In this document: piece by piece, positions 41,000 through 52,437 of the stretch
Layout: each line of letters begins with the position of its first letter
How positions within the stretch are numbered: the first letter of the stretch is position 1
NCBI GenBank assembly: GCA_031426695.1
Contig: JASJPM010000007.1
Span: 383,115-447,114, forward strand
Direction: 5' to 3'
Length of the DNA: 64,000 nucleotides
From: Caulobacter sp.
GTDB lineage: Bacteria > Pseudomonadota > Alphaproteobacteria > Caulobacterales > Caulobacteraceae
Notes under the pieces: model-generated
The model's input: the letters and a program-made list of their open reading frames with translations, nothing else
What the model was told of the DNA's origin: nothing
The model's database searches: none
Position numbers and translations under genes: made by a program

Positions 41000-41010
41000 C
41001 TGACCCTCCC

Positions 41011-41316
41011 TTACCAGCTCGACTTGACGAGGCCGGGGATCAACCCGGCCGAGCCAAGCTCGCGCAGGGCGATCCGGCTCATCTTCAGCTTGCGATAGTA
41101 GGCGCGCGGGCGCCCCGTCACTTCGCACCGATTACGGATGCGGTTGGCGGCGGAGTTGCGCGGCAGCTTCGCGAGCTTAAGCCGGGCTTCGAAACGTTCT
41201 TCGAGCGGAAGAGCCTCGTTGTTGGCAGTCGCCTTGAGCGCGGCGCGCTTGCTGGCGAGTTGCTTGACGAGCTTCTTGACCATCTCGTTGCGGTTGACGG
41301 CGCTTTTCTTGGCCAT
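41011..41316 (-). CDS. rpsN: 30S ribosomal protein S14 (101 aa, zinc-free type)
   Basis: [20 protein letters not shown]. Confidence 0.97.
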   Translation of the reverse strand: MAKKSAVNRNEMVKKLVKQLASKRAALKATANNEALPLEERFEARLKLAKLPRNSAANRIRNRCEVTGRPRAYYRKLKMSRIALRELGSAGLIPGLVKSSW

Positions 41317-41336
41317 GTGTGTGTCCTCTTCCCGCT

Positions 41337-41897
41337 CTAGACGTTGTTGAACGGGAACTGGAATTCCTTGAGAAGCGCGCGCGCTTCGTCATCGGTCTTC
41401 GCAGTGGTGGCGACAACGATATCCATGCCCCAGACCTGGTCGATCTGGTCATAGTTGATCTCCGGGAACACGATGTGTTCCTTAAGGCCCATGGCGTAGT
41501 TGCCACGGCCGTCGAAGCTGTTGCCGTTCAGGCCGCGGAAATCCTTCACGCGCGGAAGCGCGATCGTGATCAGGCGGTCCAGGAATTCATACATCCGGTC
41601 GGCGCGCAGGGTGACCTTGGCGCCGATGGTCATGCCTTCACGGATCTTGAATTGGGCGACCGAGTTGCGGGCCTTGGTCGCGATGGGCTTCTGGCCGGCG
41701 ATCGCGCCCAGATCCTTCATCGCGGCGACGGCCTTCTTGGAGTCCGCCACGGCTTCGCCGATGCCCATGTTCAGGACGATCTTGTCCAGCTTGGGGACCT
41801 GCATCTCGTTGGTGTACCCGAACTTTTCCTTCATCGCGGCGCGGATGCGCTCGCGATAAACGGTCTTAAGCCGGGGCTCGTAAGCTTTATCAGCCAT
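41337..41897 (-). CDS. rplE: 50S ribosomal protein L5
   Basis: [26 protein letters not shown]. Start ATG 41897. Confidence 0.98.
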   Translation of the reverse strand: MADKAYEPRLKTVYRERIRAAMKEKFGYTNEMQVPKLDKIVLNMGIGEAVADSKKAVAAMKDLGAIAGQKPIATKARNSVAQFKIREGMTIGAKVTLRADRMYEFLDRLITIALPRVKDFRGLNGNSFDGRGNYAMGLKEHIVFPEINYDQIDQVWGMDIVVATTAKTDDEARALLKEFQFPFNNV

Positions 41898-42204
41898 TGA
41901 TGACCTCACCCGTGGTCTTGGCGAAACGGACCTTCTTTTCGCCTTCCATGCGGAAGCCGACGCGGGTCGGTTTGCCCTTGGAGTCGACCAGCGCCACGTT
42001 CGAGACGTGAAGCGGGGCTTCCTTGTGCTTGATGCCGCCCTGCGGATCCGCCTGGGTCGGCTTGGTGTGGCGCTGGACCATGTTCAGGCCCGAGACGACG
42101 ACGCGGTCTTCTTTCGGAATCACGCGCGCGACGTCGCCGGACTTGCCCTTGTCCTTGCCGGTCAGGATGACGACGCGGTCGCCCTTCTTGATCTTAGCGG
42201 ACAT
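41890..42204 (-). CDS. rplX: 50S ribosomal protein L24
   Basis: [26 protein letters not shown]. Confidence 0.98.
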   Translation of the reverse strand: MSAKIKKGDRVVILTGKDKGKSGDVARVIPKEDRVVVSGLNMVQRHTKPTQADPQGGIKHKEAPLHVSNVALVDSKGKPTRVGFRMEGEKKVRFAKTTGEVING

Positions 42205-42572
42205 TAGAGGACCTCCGGCGCGAGCGAGATGATCTTCATGTGGTTCTTGGCGCGCAGTTCACGGGGAACCGGGCCGAAGATCCGCGTGCCGATCGGCTCG
42301 CTCGACTTGTTGACGATCACCGCCGCGTTCTTGTCGAACCGGATGACCGAACCGTCCTTGCGCTTGATGGCCGAGGACGTGCGGACCACGATGGCCTGCA
42401 GCACGTCACCCTTCTTCACGCGGCCGCGCGGGATGGCTTCTTTGACGGAGACGACAATCTTGTCCCCGACGTGGGCGTAGCGACGCTTGGCGCCGCCCAG
42501 CACCTTGATGCACATGACCCGGCGAGCGCCCGAATTATCGGCGACTTCCAGGTTAGTTTGCATCTGGATCAT
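42204..42572 (-). CDS. rplN: 50S ribosomal protein L14
   Basis: [27 protein letters not shown]. Confidence 0.98.
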   Translation of the reverse strand: MIQMQTNLEVADNSGARRVMCIKVLGGAKRRYAHVGDKIVVSVKEAIPRGRVKKGDVLQAIVVRTSSAIKRKDGSVIRFDKNAAVIVNKSSEPIGTRIFGPVPRELRAKNHMKIISLAPEVL

Positions 42573-42593
42573 GGCTTAACCTTCCAGATTCTT

Positions 42594-42833
42594 TTAGGCC
42601 GAAGCCTTGGGAAGGACTTCCCAGGTCTTCAGCTTGGACTTCGGCGCGCACTCGACGATCTTGGCGGTGTCCCCGGCCTGATAGGCATTGGACTCGTCGT
42701 GAGCGTGATACTTCTTCGACCGGCGGACGGTCTTTTTCAGCAGCGGGTGCAGGAAGGTCCGTTCGACCTTCACGATCACCGTCTTGTCGCCCTTGTCGGA
42801 GACGACAACGCCTTCGAGAATACGTTTCGGCAT
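42594..42833 (-). CDS. rpsQ: 30S ribosomal protein S17
   Basis: [29 protein letters not shown]. Confidence 0.97.
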   Translation of the reverse strand: MPKRILEGVVVSDKGDKTVIVKVERTFLHPLLKKTVRRSKKYHAHDESNAYQAGDTAKIVECAPKSKLKTWEVLPKASA

Positions 42834-42845
42834 AATCGTTCTCCT

Positions 42846-43037
42846 CTACGCGGCTTTCTTGGCGCGCAGCACGGTCTTGATCCGCGCTATATCCTTGCGG
42901 ATCTCGTTCACGCGGTGGGTCTTTTCCACCTGGCCCGTGGCGGCCTGGAAGCGCAGGTTGAACTGCTCTTTCTTCAGGTTCAGCAGGGCTTCGGCGAGCT
43001 GGTCGGGCGTCATGCCCCGAACATCATCAATCTTCAT
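42846..43037 (-). CDS. rpmC: 50S ribosomal protein L29
   Basis: [26 protein letters not shown]. Confidence 0.97.
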   Translation of the reverse strand: MKIDDVRGMTPDQLAEALLNLKKEQFNLRFQAATGQVEKTHRVNEIRKDIARIKTVLRAKKAA

Positions 43038-43039
43038 CT

Positions 43040-43471
43040 TCAGTGCTCCGCGGCCACGGCGTCACCGATACGGGTGACGATGCGCGTCTTGATCGGCAGC
43101 TTCGCGGCGCCGAGCTTCAGAGCGTCACGGGCGATGTCGTCGGCGACGCCGTCGATCTCGAACATGATACGGCCCGGGTGAACGCGAGCGGCCCAGTAGT
43201 CGACGGCGCCCTTGCCCTTACCCATGCGGACTTCGGCCGGCTTGTCGGTGACCGGCAGGTCCGGGAAGATGCGGATCCAGACGCGGCCCTGGCGCTTCAT
43301 GTGGCGGGTGATCGCGCGGCGGGCCGCTTCGATCTGACGCGCCGTGATGCGTTCCGGCTCAACAGCCTTGAGGCCGTAGGAACCGAAGTTCAGCAGGGTG
43401 CCGCCCTTGGCGGTGCCGTGGATGCGGCCCTTGAAGGCCTTCCGGTACTTGGTTTTCTTAGGTGACAGCAT
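43040..43471 (-). CDS. rplP: 50S ribosomal protein L16
   Basis: [20 protein letters not shown]. Confidence 0.98.
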   Translation of the reverse strand: MLSPKKTKYRKAFKGRIHGTAKGGTLLNFGSYGLKAVEPERITARQIEAARRAITRHMKRQGRVWIRIFPDLPVTDKPAEVRMGKGKGAVDYWAARVHPGRIMFEIDGVADDIARDALKLGAAKLPIKTRIVTRIGDAVAAEH

Positions 43472-43476
43472 GACGG

Positions 43477-44235
43477 TTAGCCCTCAGCTCCCCGACCGCG
43501 GTCGCGGCGCGGGCCGCGGGGTCCACGATCGTCACGATCACGACCGCCGCCTTCGCCGGCCGGGCCGGATTCGGTGGCCAGACGCTTGTCCAGCGCCATC
43601 GGGTCGTGTTCCAGCACTTCGCCTTTGAAGATCCAGGTCTTCACGCCGATGATGCCGTAGGTGGTCTTGGCTTCCGCGAAACCGTAGTCGATGTCCGCGC
43701 GCAGGGTGTGCAGCGGAACGCGACCTTCGCGGTACCATTCCATCCGCGCGATTTCAGCGCCGCCCAGGCGACCCGAAACGTTGATCCGAACGCCCTTGGC
43801 GCCCAGACGCATGGTCGACTGCATGGTGCGCTTCATGGCGCGACGGAAGGCGACGCGGCGCTCGAGCTGCTGGGCGATGTTCTCGGCCACCAGCTGGGCG
43901 TCGGTCTCGGGCTTGCGGACTTCGACGATGTTCAGGTGAACCTCGCCGTCGGTCATCGCCGACAGATCCTTGCGGAGCTTGTCGATGTCGGCGCCCTTCT
44001 TGCCGATGATCACGCCGGGGCGCGCGGCATAGATGGTCACGCGGCACTTCTTGTGCGGACGCTCGATCACGATGCGCGAGATGCCGGCCGCGCCGAGGCG
44101 CTTCTTCAGCTCCTTGCGGACCTTGATGTCCTCGTGCAGCAGGCGACCGTAGTCCTTGCCGTCGGCGAACCAGCGGCTGTCCCACGTGCGGTTGATGCCG
44201 AGCCGAAGCCCGACCGGATTGACTTTCTGACCCAT
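43477..44235 (-). CDS. rpsC: 30S ribosomal protein S3
   Basis: [37 protein letters not shown]. Confidence 0.98.
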   Translation of the reverse strand: MGQKVNPVGLRLGINRTWDSRWFADGKDYGRLLHEDIKVRKELKKRLGAAGISRIVIERPHKKCRVTIYAARPGVIIGKKGADIDKLRKDLSAMTDGEVHLNIVEVRKPETDAQLVAENIAQQLERRVAFRRAMKRTMQSTMRLGAKGVRINVSGRLGGAEIARMEWYREGRVPLHTLRADIDYGFAEAKTTYGIIGVKTWIFKGEVLEHDPMALDKRLATESGPAGEGGGRDRDDRGPRGPRRDRGRGAEG

Positions 44236-44615
44236 CAGGCGGCCTCACCCAGTTCGCGGACCACGATGGTGATCTCGCTGAACGGCTTCTCGATGCGCGA
44301 AGACCGGCCGCGGGCGCGGGCCGAAAAACGCTTCATAATCAGGTTCTTGCCCACGAACGCTTCGGCCACGACCAGGGAGTCGATATCCAGGTTGTGGTTG
44401 TTCTCGGCGTTCGAGATGGCGCTGTAGAGCGCCTTGCGGACGTCCTTGGCGATGCGCTTGTGGCTGAACTCGAGTTCGTTCAGCGCACGTTGCACCTTCA
44501 GGCCGCGGATCGACTGGGCCACGAGGTTCAGCTTCCGGGCCGAGGTGCGCAGGGTGCGCAGCTTGGCCTGGACTTCGGTCACGGGCAGTCGACGTTCGGT
44601 CTTGGACTTGCTCAT
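44235..44615 (-). CDS. rplV: 50S ribosomal protein L22
   Basis: [28 protein letters not shown]. Confidence 0.98.
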   Translation of the reverse strand: MSKSKTERRLPVTEVQAKLRTLRTSARKLNLVAQSIRGLKVQRALNELEFSHKRIAKDVRKALYSAISNAENNHNLDIDSLVVAEAFVGKNLIMKRFSARARGRSSRIEKPFSEITIVVRELGEAA

Positions 44616-44618
44616 GGC

Positions 44619-44897
44619 CTACTTCCTCTTGGCTTTCTTGTCCGCCGCGTGGCCCGGGAAGTTACGGGTCGGGGCGAACTCGCCGAGCTTGTGGCCGACC
44701 ATGTCTTCCGACACGGACACGGGCACATGCTTGAGACCATTGTGGACGCCGAAGGTCAGGCCGACGAACTGCGGCATGATCGTCGAACGACGCGACCAGG
44801 TCTTGATGACATCTTTGCGGCCGCTGCCTTGAGCGGTCTCTGCCTTCTTCAGCAGATAACCGTCGACGAACGGGCCCTTCCAGACTGAGCGGGTCAT
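44619..44897 (-). CDS. rpsS: 30S ribosomal protein S19
   Basis: [29 protein letters not shown]. Confidence 0.98.
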   Translation of the reverse strand: MTRSVWKGPFVDGYLLKKAETAQGSGRKDVIKTWSRRSTIMPQFVGLTFGVHNGLKHVPVSVSEDMVGHKLGEFAPTRNFPGHAADKKAKRK

Positions 44898-44900
44898 GGC

Positions 44901-45740
44901 TTAACGGCCCTTCTTCGCTTTGTGGCGCGACCGGATAATGAACTTATCCGTGGCCTTGTTGCTGCGGGTCTTGGCGCCCTTGGTCGGCTTGCCGGCCGGG
45001 GTCACCGGGTGGCGGCCGCCCGAGGTGCGGCCTTCGCCGCCGCCGTGCGGGTGGTCGACCGGGTTCATGGCGACGCCGCGAACGTGCGGACGGAAGCCCA
45101 TGTGGCGGACGCGACCGGCCTTGCCCAGAACCTGGTTCATGTGATCCGGGTTCGAGACGGCGCCGACCGTGGCCATGCAGCTGTCCTGCACCATGCGCAG
45201 TTCGCCGGAGCCGAGACGGATCTGGGCGTAGCCCCCGTCACGGCCCACGAGCTGGGCGTAGGCGCCGGCCGAGCGGGCGATCTGGCCGCCCTTCTGGGGC
45301 TTCAGCTCGACGTTGTGAACGATCGTGCCGATCGGCAGACCGCTCAGCGGGGCGGCGTTGCCCGGCTTCACGTCGACCTTCTCGGAGGCGATGATCGTAT
45401 CGCCGGCCTTGAGGCGTTGCGGGGCCAGGATGTAGGCCAGCTCGCCGTCTTCGTACTTGATCAGCGCGATGAAGGCGGTGCGGTTGGGGTCGTACTCGAG
45501 ACGCTCGACCGTGGCCGGAACGTTCCACTTACGACGCTTGAAGTCGACCAGGCGGTAAAGGCGCTTGGCGCCGCCGCCACGGAAACGGACCGCGATACGG
45601 CCGTTGCCGCCGCGACCGCCCGACTTGGTCAGGCCCTCGACGAGCGCCTTGACCGGCTTGCCCTTGTGGAGCTCGCTGCGGTCGATCAGGACCAGACCGC
45701 GACGGCCCGGGGAGGTCGGATTGAATTGCTTCAGAGCCAT
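44901..45740 (-). CDS. rplB: 50S ribosomal protein L2
   Basis: [30 protein letters not shown]. Confidence 0.99.
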   Translation of the reverse strand: MALKQFNPTSPGRRGLVLIDRSELHKGKPVKALVEGLTKSGGRGGNGRIAVRFRGGGAKRLYRLVDFKRRKWNVPATVERLEYDPNRTAFIALIKYEDGELAYILAPQRLKAGDTIIASEKVDVKPGNAAPLSGLPIGTIVHNVELKPQKGGQIARSAGAYAQLVGRDGGYAQIRLGSGELRMVQDSCMATVGAVSNPDHMNQVLGKAGRVRHMGFRPHVRGVAMNPVDHPHGGGEGRTSGGRHPVTPAGKPTKGAKTRSNKATDKFIIRSRHKAKKGR

Positions 45741-45746
45741 CTGTCT

Positions 45747-46043
45747 CTAGAGCCCCGTGGTGATGTCGATCGACTGGCCATCGGCCAGCGTCACGATCGC
45801 TTTCTTGACGTCGGAACGACGACCCGGGCGACCACGGAAGCGCTTGGTCTTGCCCTTGACGTTGAGGGTGTTGACCTTGGTCACGGTGACCTTGAACAGC
45901 GCTTCGACCGCCGAGGCGATCTCGTCCTTCGTGGCGTCATCCGCGACCTGGAACACGACCTTGTTCTGTTCAGACAGAATGGTCGCCTTTTCCGTGATCA
46001 CGGGGGCCAGAATGGTGTCGTAATGGCGAGCGGTTGCGGACAT
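45747..46043 (-). CDS. rplW: 50S ribosomal protein L23
   Basis: [28 protein letters not shown]. Confidence 0.98.
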   Translation of the reverse strand: MSATARHYDTILAPVITEKATILSEQNKVVFQVADDATKDEIASAVEALFKVTVTKVNTLNVKGKTKRFRGRPGRRSDVKKAIVTLADGQSIDITTGL

Positions 46044-46681
46044 TACGCGGCTTCCTTCTCAGCGAAGCGGGCCGAGATGCCCTCGATGGCCGACTTGGTC
46101 AGGACCAGGGTCCCGCGGCGCAGCACGTCGTAGACGTTCAGGCCGGCGTTCGGCAGCACATCGATGTTCGGAATGTTGCGGGCGGCCAGCTTGAAGTTGG
46201 CGTCCACTTCCGGACCAGCGATGATCAGGGCGTTCTTCAGACCGATGTTGTCGAAGGTGGCGCGCAGGGCGGCCGTCTTCGGCTCCGTCAGTTCCGCGGC
46301 GTCGATGACGACAAGCGAGCCGGCCTTGGCCTTGGAAGACAGCGCATGGCGCAGGGCCAGGGCGCGGATCTTCTTGTTCAGACCAAACTCGTGGCTGCGG
46401 ACGACAGGGCCGTGGGCCTTGGCGCCGCCGACGAACTGGGCCGCACGGCGCGAACCGTGACGGGCGCCGCCGGTGCCCTTCTGCTTGTACATCTTCTTGC
46501 CCGTACGAGAGACCTCGTTGCGGACCTGGATCTTGTGGTTCCCGGAGCGGCGCTTGGCCAGCTGCCAGGTGACGACGCGCTGAAGGATGTCCCCGCGGAT
46601 TTCGTCGATGCCGAAGATGGCGTCGTCGAGATCGACCGAACCGGCCTTCGCGCCGTCAAGCTTGATGACGTCGAGTTTCAT
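46043..46681 (-). CDS. rplD: 50S ribosomal protein L4
   Basis: [29 protein letters not shown]. Confidence 0.98.
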   Translation of the reverse strand: MKLDVIKLDGAKAGSVDLDDAIFGIDEIRGDILQRVVTWQLAKRRSGNHKIQVRNEVSRTGKKMYKQKGTGGARHGSRRAAQFVGGAKAHGPVVRSHEFGLNKKIRALALRHALSSKAKAGSLVVIDAAELTEPKTAALRATFDNIGLKNALIIAGPEVDANFKLAARNIPNIDVLPNAGLNVYDVLRRGTLVLTKSAIEGISARFAEKEAA

Positions 46682-47469
46682 TATTCAGCGCCCTCTTGCG
46701 TCGCTTCGGCAGCCGGAGCGTCCGTCGCGGGGGCTTCCTCGACCGCCGGCTCTTCAGCGGCGGCGACCGGCGACTGGCCGGCCTTGCGGAAGGCGCCCGG
46801 ACGCGGCAGGTCGGCCGGAGCGGCCTTCTTGATCGCGTCGCGAACCTTCACGAAGGAACCCTCGGCGCCCGGAACGGCGCCCTTGATCAGGATGAGGCCG
46901 CGCTCGACGTCCACCTTCCAGACCGTGAGGTTCATGGTGGTGACGGTTTCCTGACCCAGGTGGCCGGCCATCTTCTTGCCGGCGAAGGTCTTGCCCGGAT
47001 CCTGACGCTGGCCGGTCGAACCGTGAGCCCGGTGCGAGACCGAGACACCGTGCGTGGCGCGCATGCCGCCGAAGTTCCAGCGCTTCATGGCGCCGGCGAA
47101 GCCCTTACCGACGGTCACGCCCTGGATGTCGACCTTCTGGCCGGCCAGGAAGTGATCGGCGGTGAGCTCGGCGCCCACGTCGATCAGGGCGCCCTCTTCA
47201 ACGCGGAACTCGGCGACGACGCGGCGGGGCTCGACCTGAGCCTTGGCGAAGTGGCCGCGCATCGCGTTGGGCGTGTTCTTCGGCTTCTTGGCGCCAGCGC
47301 CGAGCTGGAGGGCGGTGTAGCCATCCTTCTCGACGGTGCGCTGGGCGGTGACGACACAGCCTTCGAGGCTGAGCACCGTGACCGGAACGTGCTGGCCGGT
47401 TTCATCGAAGAAGCGGGTCATGCCCAGCTTCTTGGCGAGAACACCGGTGCGTTGTGCGGGGAGAGTCAT
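46681..47469 (-). CDS. rplC: 50S ribosomal protein L3 (with an acidic/Ala-rich C-terminal tail)
   Basis: [35 protein letters not shown]. Confidence 0.98.
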   Translation of the reverse strand: MTLPAQRTGVLAKKLGMTRFFDETGQHVPVTVLSLEGCVVTAQRTVEKDGYTALQLGAGAKKPKNTPNAMRGHFAKAQVEPRRVVAEFRVEEGALIDVGAELTADHFLAGQKVDIQGVTVGKGFAGAMKRWNFGGMRATHGVSVSHRAHGSTGQRQDPGKTFAGKKMAGHLGQETVTTMNLTVWKVDVERGLILIKGAVPGAEGSFVKVRDAIKKAAPADLPRPGAFRKAGQSPVAAAEEPAVEEAPATDAPAAEATQEGAE

Positions 47470-47483
47470 TGAGTATCGGCCCC

Positions 47484-47792
47484 CTACAGCTTGATCTCGA
47501 CATCGACGCCGGCCGACAGGTCGAGCTTCATCAGCGCGTCCACGGTTTGCGGGGTCGGGTCGACGATATCCAGCACGCGCTTGTGCGTGCGGATTTCGAA
47601 CTGTTCGCGCGACTTCTTGTCGACGTGCGGCGAACGGTTGACGGTGAATTTCTCAATGAGCGTGGGCAGGGGGATCGGCCCCCTGACGGTGGCGCCCGTG
47701 CGCTTGGCCGTGTTCACGATCTCGCGTGTGGAATGATCCAGCACGCGGTGATCGAAGGCCTTGAGCCGGATGCGGATGTTCTGACGATCCAT
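47484..47792 (-). CDS. rpsJ: 30S ribosomal protein S10
   Basis: [31 protein letters not shown]. Start ATG 47792. Confidence 0.98.
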   Translation of the reverse strand: MDRQNIRIRLKAFDHRVLDHSTREIVNTAKRTGATVRGPIPLPTLIEKFTVNRSPHVDKKSREQFEIRTHKRVLDIVDPTPQTVDALMKLDLSAGVDVEIKL

Positions 47793-48246
47793 ATCGCTCG
47801 TGTTTCCCAAAGGGCTCCCAGAAGGGCGGCGCCCGCGTGCCTAGACATTTCAAAGACCAACCCGGACAACCCGCCCCTTGTGGGGGAAAGAAGCCCGAAC
47901 ACGCGACGTCCGCAAAACGAATGTGGCCCACGCGGACATCCGCGAGGACCTGGTCCCCAACCGCGATTTTCCTTTATGGGAAAGCCATAGGTCGGTTCGT
48001 TCCGCGGACCGCGTCTGCACCGAAGTGCACAGCCGGTCCAACAGAGGCGCGGTCTTTACGTCAGCGACTCGGGAAGGTCAAGCGCGCCGGGCCGTTTGGA
48101 CCGAACATAGTGGGCGAAGACACGGTCCGATTAATTCGCATCCATAATCGCAACCCGCCCTTGCGACGACTCCGGCGAGTCCATACCTGCCCCCTCCCCG
48201 ATCGGCCGAAGACGCCGACGGTTCAATCACAAGGGGATACCCAACT

Positions 48247-49002
48247 ATGAAACTCCGTATGTTCGCCACGGCCGCCGTTGCCGTTGTCGCCCTCTCCACC
48301 CCGGCCTTCGCCCAGGAGGCCACCGGCTCCGTCGGCGTCAGCGCCTCTCAGGTCGAAGTTGAAGTCGGCGGCCTCGAAGTCGACGGCCAGGCCTACGCCA
48401 TCGACGGCTCGGTCGCCTTCAAGGCCTCCGAAGCCTGGACCGTGACCCTGCAGGGCGTGGGCGCGACCACCGACGGCGACCTGGGCGATGATGAGTCGTT
48501 CAGCGCCGGCGCCGCCCTCACCTACGCCGGCGCCGACTGGCGCGTCGGTCCGGCGGTCTCCTACGCCGACCTCGGCTCGGAAGGCCTCTGGACCGTCAGC
48601 GGCGTCGCCCAGAAGTACTTCGACACCGTCACCCTGTCGGGCGCCGTCTCCTACGGCAACATCGACGACATCGACGCCGACATCTGGTCGGTCGGCGGTG
48701 AAGCCCGCTTCTTCGTCAGCGACAACTTCCGCATCGACGCCGGCCTGGCCTACGCCTCGGCCGACGTCGCGGGCGTCGACGTCGACGGCTGGAACCTGGG
48801 CCTCGACGGCGAGTACCAGTTCGCCGGCACGCCCTGGAGCCTGACGGGCGGCTACTCGCACGCCAATGTCGACGACGCGGACCTGGACGCCGACACCTTC
48901 ACGGTCGGCTTCCGCTACTCGTTCGGCGGCGACCTCAAGGCCCGCGACCGTTCGGGCGCGGACCTGGGCGCCGGCGGCAACCCGTTCGCCTCGGCGTTCT
49001 AA
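48247..49002 (+). CDS. Outer-membrane beta-barrel (porin-like) protein
   Basis: Signal peptide ending PAFA, alternating beta-strand pattern, acidic and aromatic composition, terminal Phe, and codon usage typical of high expression. Confidence 0.75.
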   Translation: MKLRMFATAAVAVVALSTPAFAQEATGSVGVSASQVEVEVGGLEVDGQAYAIDGSVAFKASEAWTVTLQGVGATTDGDLGDDESFSAGAALTYAGADWRVGPAVSYADLGSEGLWTVSGVAQKYFDTVTLSGAVSYGNIDDIDADIWSVGGEARFFVSDNFRIDAGLAYASADVAGVDVDGWNLGLDGEYQFAGTPWSLTGGYSHANVDDADLDADTFTVGFRYSFGGDLKARDRSGADLGAGGNPFASAF

Positions 49003-49119
49003 ACCCCTGCGGAGCGGTCGCCGAAAGGCGGCCGCTCACCTCGCCGGACCCGCCCTCCTCCCCGGACCATGGCGGGTCATGCGAAAAGCCCCGGAACCTC
49101 GCGGTTCCGGGGCTTTTTT
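49003..49119 (+). ncRNA. Candidate 3'-UTR-derived small RNA with a CCUCCUCCC loop
   Basis: GAAA-capped 11-bp stem (49012-49037), an 8-bp stem with CCUCCUCCC in its loop (49047-49078), then the terminator. Confidence 0.4.
49084..49119 (+). terminator. Intrinsic terminator of the porin gene (probably bidirectional)
   Basis: AAAAGCCCCGGAACC-TCGC-GGTTCCGGGGCTTTTTT. Confidence 0.9.
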
Positions 49120-49324
49120 GTATGCCCTCTGGCTGAAAGGCGGCGGAACCCCGCCGGCTGGGCGCCCTTGGAGGGACGGCGCCAAGGCGGCGGCGGGCGA
49201 ACCCGCGCCCGGACCGGTCGTGAACGACGAAGACACGACAGGTCCGTGGGGTCCCGCTCAGGCACACCCTAGGCGCATGCCGGCCACTCCCCATCCCCTG
49301 TTCGGGGGGGCGAGACCGGCCGGA

Positions 49325-50257
49325 TTAGTCCTCGTCCTCGATCGTGAACGGGCCAACCGTGACAGCGCCGGAGCCGACGACGCTCTTCTTGACCTCGCCG
49401 CTGACGCTGGCCACCCGGACGTCGCCCGAGCCGGCCACCCGGGCCGTGACGGTGGTCGCGGCGCCGGCGAAGCGGACGTCGCCGGAGCCGGCGATGCTGA
49501 CCGATACCGCGCCCGCCCGGCCGCCGCGGATCAGCGTATCGCCCGAGCCGGCAAGGCTGACATCCACGTCCCCGTTCACCGAAGCCACGTCCGCGTCGCC
49601 CGAACCCATGATGCGCACCGCAAGCCCGCCGCCGACGGGCCCGGACTTCAGGTCGCCCGAACCGGCGACGCTGACGTCCAGCCTGCCGCCCACGGCGGTC
49701 GTGGAGACGTCGCCCGAGCCGGCGATGTTAATGTCGGCGGCGCCGGAGCTGCCCGCCTTCACGTCGCCCGAGCCGGCCAGGTTGATGCTCATCGCGCCGT
49801 CGACATTGGCCACCGTCCAGTCACCGCAGCCGGCGTTGGAGAGCTTGAGCGAGGTGCTGCGGCCGACACTGCCGAAGACAGCCCCGCCGGCGCCGACACT
49901 GGCGTCCATCGGGACCTGGATGACGACCTGCGGCATGTCTTCCCAGGCGACCCGACCGACGCGGGCCACATCGACGCTCGCCACGCCGTTGATCGCGCGG
50001 CAGTTGCGGATCCGGCCCCGGCCGAACGGTCCATCCAGGTCGCCGTCGACGATGGTCTTGTCGCCCTCGACCCGTACGGTCAGCGGCAGCGAGGCGTTGG
50101 TGGTGCTGAACGACACCTTCACATCGGACCGGGCCTCGGGGATGACCACGACACGGGCCACCGCGTCCTTGATCTCCACCCGCGTCTCGGCGGCGGTTGC
50201 GGCGGTCGCCGCCAGAAACGCCGCGCTCGCGACGCCGAAAGCCAGAACTGCGCGCAT
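49325..50257 (-). CDS. Secreted GIN/DUF2807-like beta-helix repeat protein
   Basis: Signal peptide followed by repeated (I/V)xGSGD(V) units. Confidence 0.8.
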   Translation of the reverse strand: MRAVLAFGVASAAFLAATAATAAETRVEIKDAVARVVVIPEARSDVKVSFSTTNASLPLTVRVEGDKTIVDGDLDGPFGRGRIRNCRAINGVASVDVARVGRVAWEDMPQVVIQVPMDASVGAGGAVFGSVGRSTSLKLSNAGCGDWTVANVDGAMSINLAGSGDVKAGSSGAADINIAGSGDVSTTAVGGRLDVSVAGSGDLKSGPVGGGLAVRIMGSGDADVASVNGDVDVSLAGSGDTLIRGGRAGAVSVSIAGSGDVRFAGAATTVTARVAGSGDVRVASVSGEVKKSVVGSGAVTVGPFTIEDED

Positions 50258-50361
50258 TGTTGATCTCCCCGAATGCGTGATGGGGGGACGCTAGGACCGC
50301 GGGGCGGCCAAGGCAGCTTAATTCGCGGTCATGACAGAGGCTTCATCTGGCGCGGGGCGAC

Positions 50362-51231
50362 CTAGGCCGCAGCCCGCTTGTCGCCACCCAGTTCGAAGCT
50401 GCGCTCGTAGTCCTTGATCTTGTTCTCGACCAGGTTGGCCTTCTTCATGGCCAGCGAGGCGGCCCAGAGGGCGGCGCGAGCGGCCATGGGGGTGCGCCCC
50501 ATCGGGGCGGGGGTGACGCCCCACCGGCGGCGCAGGACGCCGTTGGCGTAGTGGGCGCCGCGCGTCATCCGCGTGTCCCAGGTCTGGAAGTCCAGCGACA
50601 TCGAGACATTGAACACGTCCAGGTTCTCGACCCGGTGCGGCGCGTACAGGGGCCAGGTCAGGGCCTGGCCGGCCTCGAGGTCGAAGACCTGGGCGTCAGC
50701 GTCGTACGCCTTGCGGTAGGTCAGCTCCTCGGTGGTGGTGCGCATGATCACCTGCTCCATCTCGGCCTGGGGCAGGTGTTTCTCGTCGGGCGGATAGACG
50801 AACAGCCGCTTGCGGCCGCGCAGGTGGAACAGCATCACCCCGGCGGCGTCGAAGTGGTAGGGCACCTTGGTGCCCGGCGAGGACAGGATCAGCTGGCCGG
50901 TGGTCTTGATCGTCCTGATCCCCAGCTCGCGCATATTGGCCTGGAAGGCGGCGTGGATGGGGTTCCAAAGGTCGGGATGGGCGTCCTGCACGTCGCGCAG
51001 GTTCACCCACAGCCGCCCGGCCTTGATCTCGGCCAGGATGGTCGCGCCGTCGGCCCGTCCGCGGGCGCCGGTCTCGAGGCTGACCTGGCCCTCGTCGTCA
51101 TAGCTGTAGCTGTTGATGTCGAAGAGCTCTTCCGGGTAGCGGTCGAGCAGCGCCGCGAGCGCCTCATCGGTGGCGAGACCGAGCTGGTCGACCTGGTGCG
51201 GAAAGGCGCGGGGTTCGAGCGGCAGGGGCAT
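50362..51231 (-). CDS. JmjC/cupin-like 2OG-Fe(II) oxygenase
   Basis: VPYHFD (HxD), HLRGRKRL..YPP, LEAGQALTWPLYAPHRVEN (distal His). Confidence 0.78.
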   Translation of the reverse strand: MPLPLEPRAFPHQVDQLGLATDEALAALLDRYPEELFDINSYSYDDEGQVSLETGARGRADGATILAEIKAGRLWVNLRDVQDAHPDLWNPIHAAFQANMRELGIRTIKTTGQLILSSPGTKVPYHFDAAGVMLFHLRGRKRLFVYPPDEKHLPQAEMEQVIMRTTTEELTYRKAYDADAQVFDLEAGQALTWPLYAPHRVENLDVFNVSMSLDFQTWDTRMTRGAHYANGVLRRRWGVTPAPMGRTPMAARAALWAASLAMKKANLVENKIKDYERSFELGGDKRAAA

Positions 51232-51243
51232 CTTCTCGTCCTT

Positions 51244-52437
51244 CTAGAGAATGAGCATCGCGCCCAGGGCGCTGACAGCGGACTGGGGACGGGTCTTGTT
51301 GATCGCCGCCGCCGCGGCCGAGGCGATGCCCCGCGCGCGGCCCGCGACGGTGGTCTCGCAGGCGTCGATGGAGGCCCAGCGGCGGCGGACGCTGAGGCCC
51401 AGGCCCGCGCTGGCGAAGCGCTCGCCGGCCGCCAGGGCCGCGTCGGCGCCGGCCATGGAGAAGGCGGCGGCCATGGCGCCCGCGAAACCCTGGCGATGGG
51501 CGACGCCTTCCAGCACCGCCTGCGACCGGTTGCAGAAGTACTTCTTGTAAGGCTCGCCCTCGAACCCGTAGTCGAACACCTTGAAGCCCTCGGCCGCGCC
51601 CTGCCGCATGGTCTCCAGGCTGAGCAGGATGCCGGGGGAATAGCGCGCGACCGAAACCTCGTAGGCCGGGAACCAGAAATGGTAGTGCGCGGCGGCGTGC
51701 AGCCCGTACTCGAAGGCCACCGGCTCGCCGCCGGCCTCAAGCACCGCCAGCCGGGCGCCGAAACCCTCGACCTGCGTATCGGCCAGCAGGGCGCGGAGCA
51801 GGTCGGCGGTCCAGCCGCAGGCGAAGATGTCGTGCAGGCGCGAGCGACGGTACTGGTCGCTCTTCAGCGCGATCAGGCGATCCAGCAGCGCCGGGTCGCG
51901 TCCGTCCACGCGGACCTGGACGTCGCCATGGTCGCGCTCGAGCGAGCGGCGGGCGCGGTCCTTGTCCTTGAAGTACTTGTGCCACTCGGCGCGGCGGCCG
52001 GCGTCATAGGCCGCCCAGCCGTCCGACAGGTCGGCCTGCAGGGTCCGGCGGGCGATGACGCCCTCCCCGGCCGCGCCCGGGCCGCTCCAGCCGGTCACGC
52101 CCAGCGAGGCGGCGCCGATCAGGTCCGGAACAGCTTCGAGCGGAACATCCAGACCCGGCTCGGTGATCACCGCGTGATAGTCGTTGAGCGGCGCGCCGAT
52201 CGGCTGGGCCGCGCCGCCGCGACGCTGGTGCGGGAAGAAGCCGACCACCCGGCCCCGGCGGTGCAGGATCGACACCACGGCGCCGGGCGCGACCTCGCCG
52301 GCGATCTGGGTGAAGCGCGGATGGAAATAGGGCGAGGCGAAGCGCGGGTCGGCGGCGACGAACGACGCCCACAGATCGAGCTCGTCCGGCGACAGTTCCG
52401 TCGGCGTCACCGTCTCAATGGTCAGATCGCGTCCCAA
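51244..52437 (-). CDS. GNAT family N-acyltransferase, CelD/BcsL-like (HfsK-like)
   Basis: SPYFHPRF, VVGFFP, YHFWFPAYE..VARYSPGILL, FDYG..GEPYK. TTG 52437 follows GAGGGG; the start is uncertain. Confidence 0.8.
   Translation of the reverse strand: MGRDLTIETVTPTELSPDELDLWASFVAADPRFASPYFHPRFTQIAGEVAPGAVVSILHRRGRVVGFFPHQRRGGAAQPIGAPLNDYHAVITEPGLDVPLEAVPDLIGAASLGVTGWSGPGAAGEGVIARRTLQADLSDGWAAYDAGRRAEWHKYFKDKDRARRSLERDHGDVQVRVDGRDPALLDRLIALKSDQYRRSRLHDIFACGWTADLLRALLADTQVEGFGARLAVLEAGGEPVAFEYGLHAAAHYHFWFPAYEVSVARYSPGILLSLETMRQGAAEGFKVFDYGFEGEPYKKYFCNRSQAVLEGVAHRQGFAGAMAAAFSMAGADAALAAGERFASAGLGLSVRRRWASIDACETTVAGRARGIASAAAAAINKTRPQSAVSALGAMLIL

Noticed and set aside
33505-47792. Absence of rpmJ, rpsD, infA and map from the cluster, and separation from fusA
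   Set aside because: This layout is ordinary for alphaproteobacteria, so it is not reported as novel.
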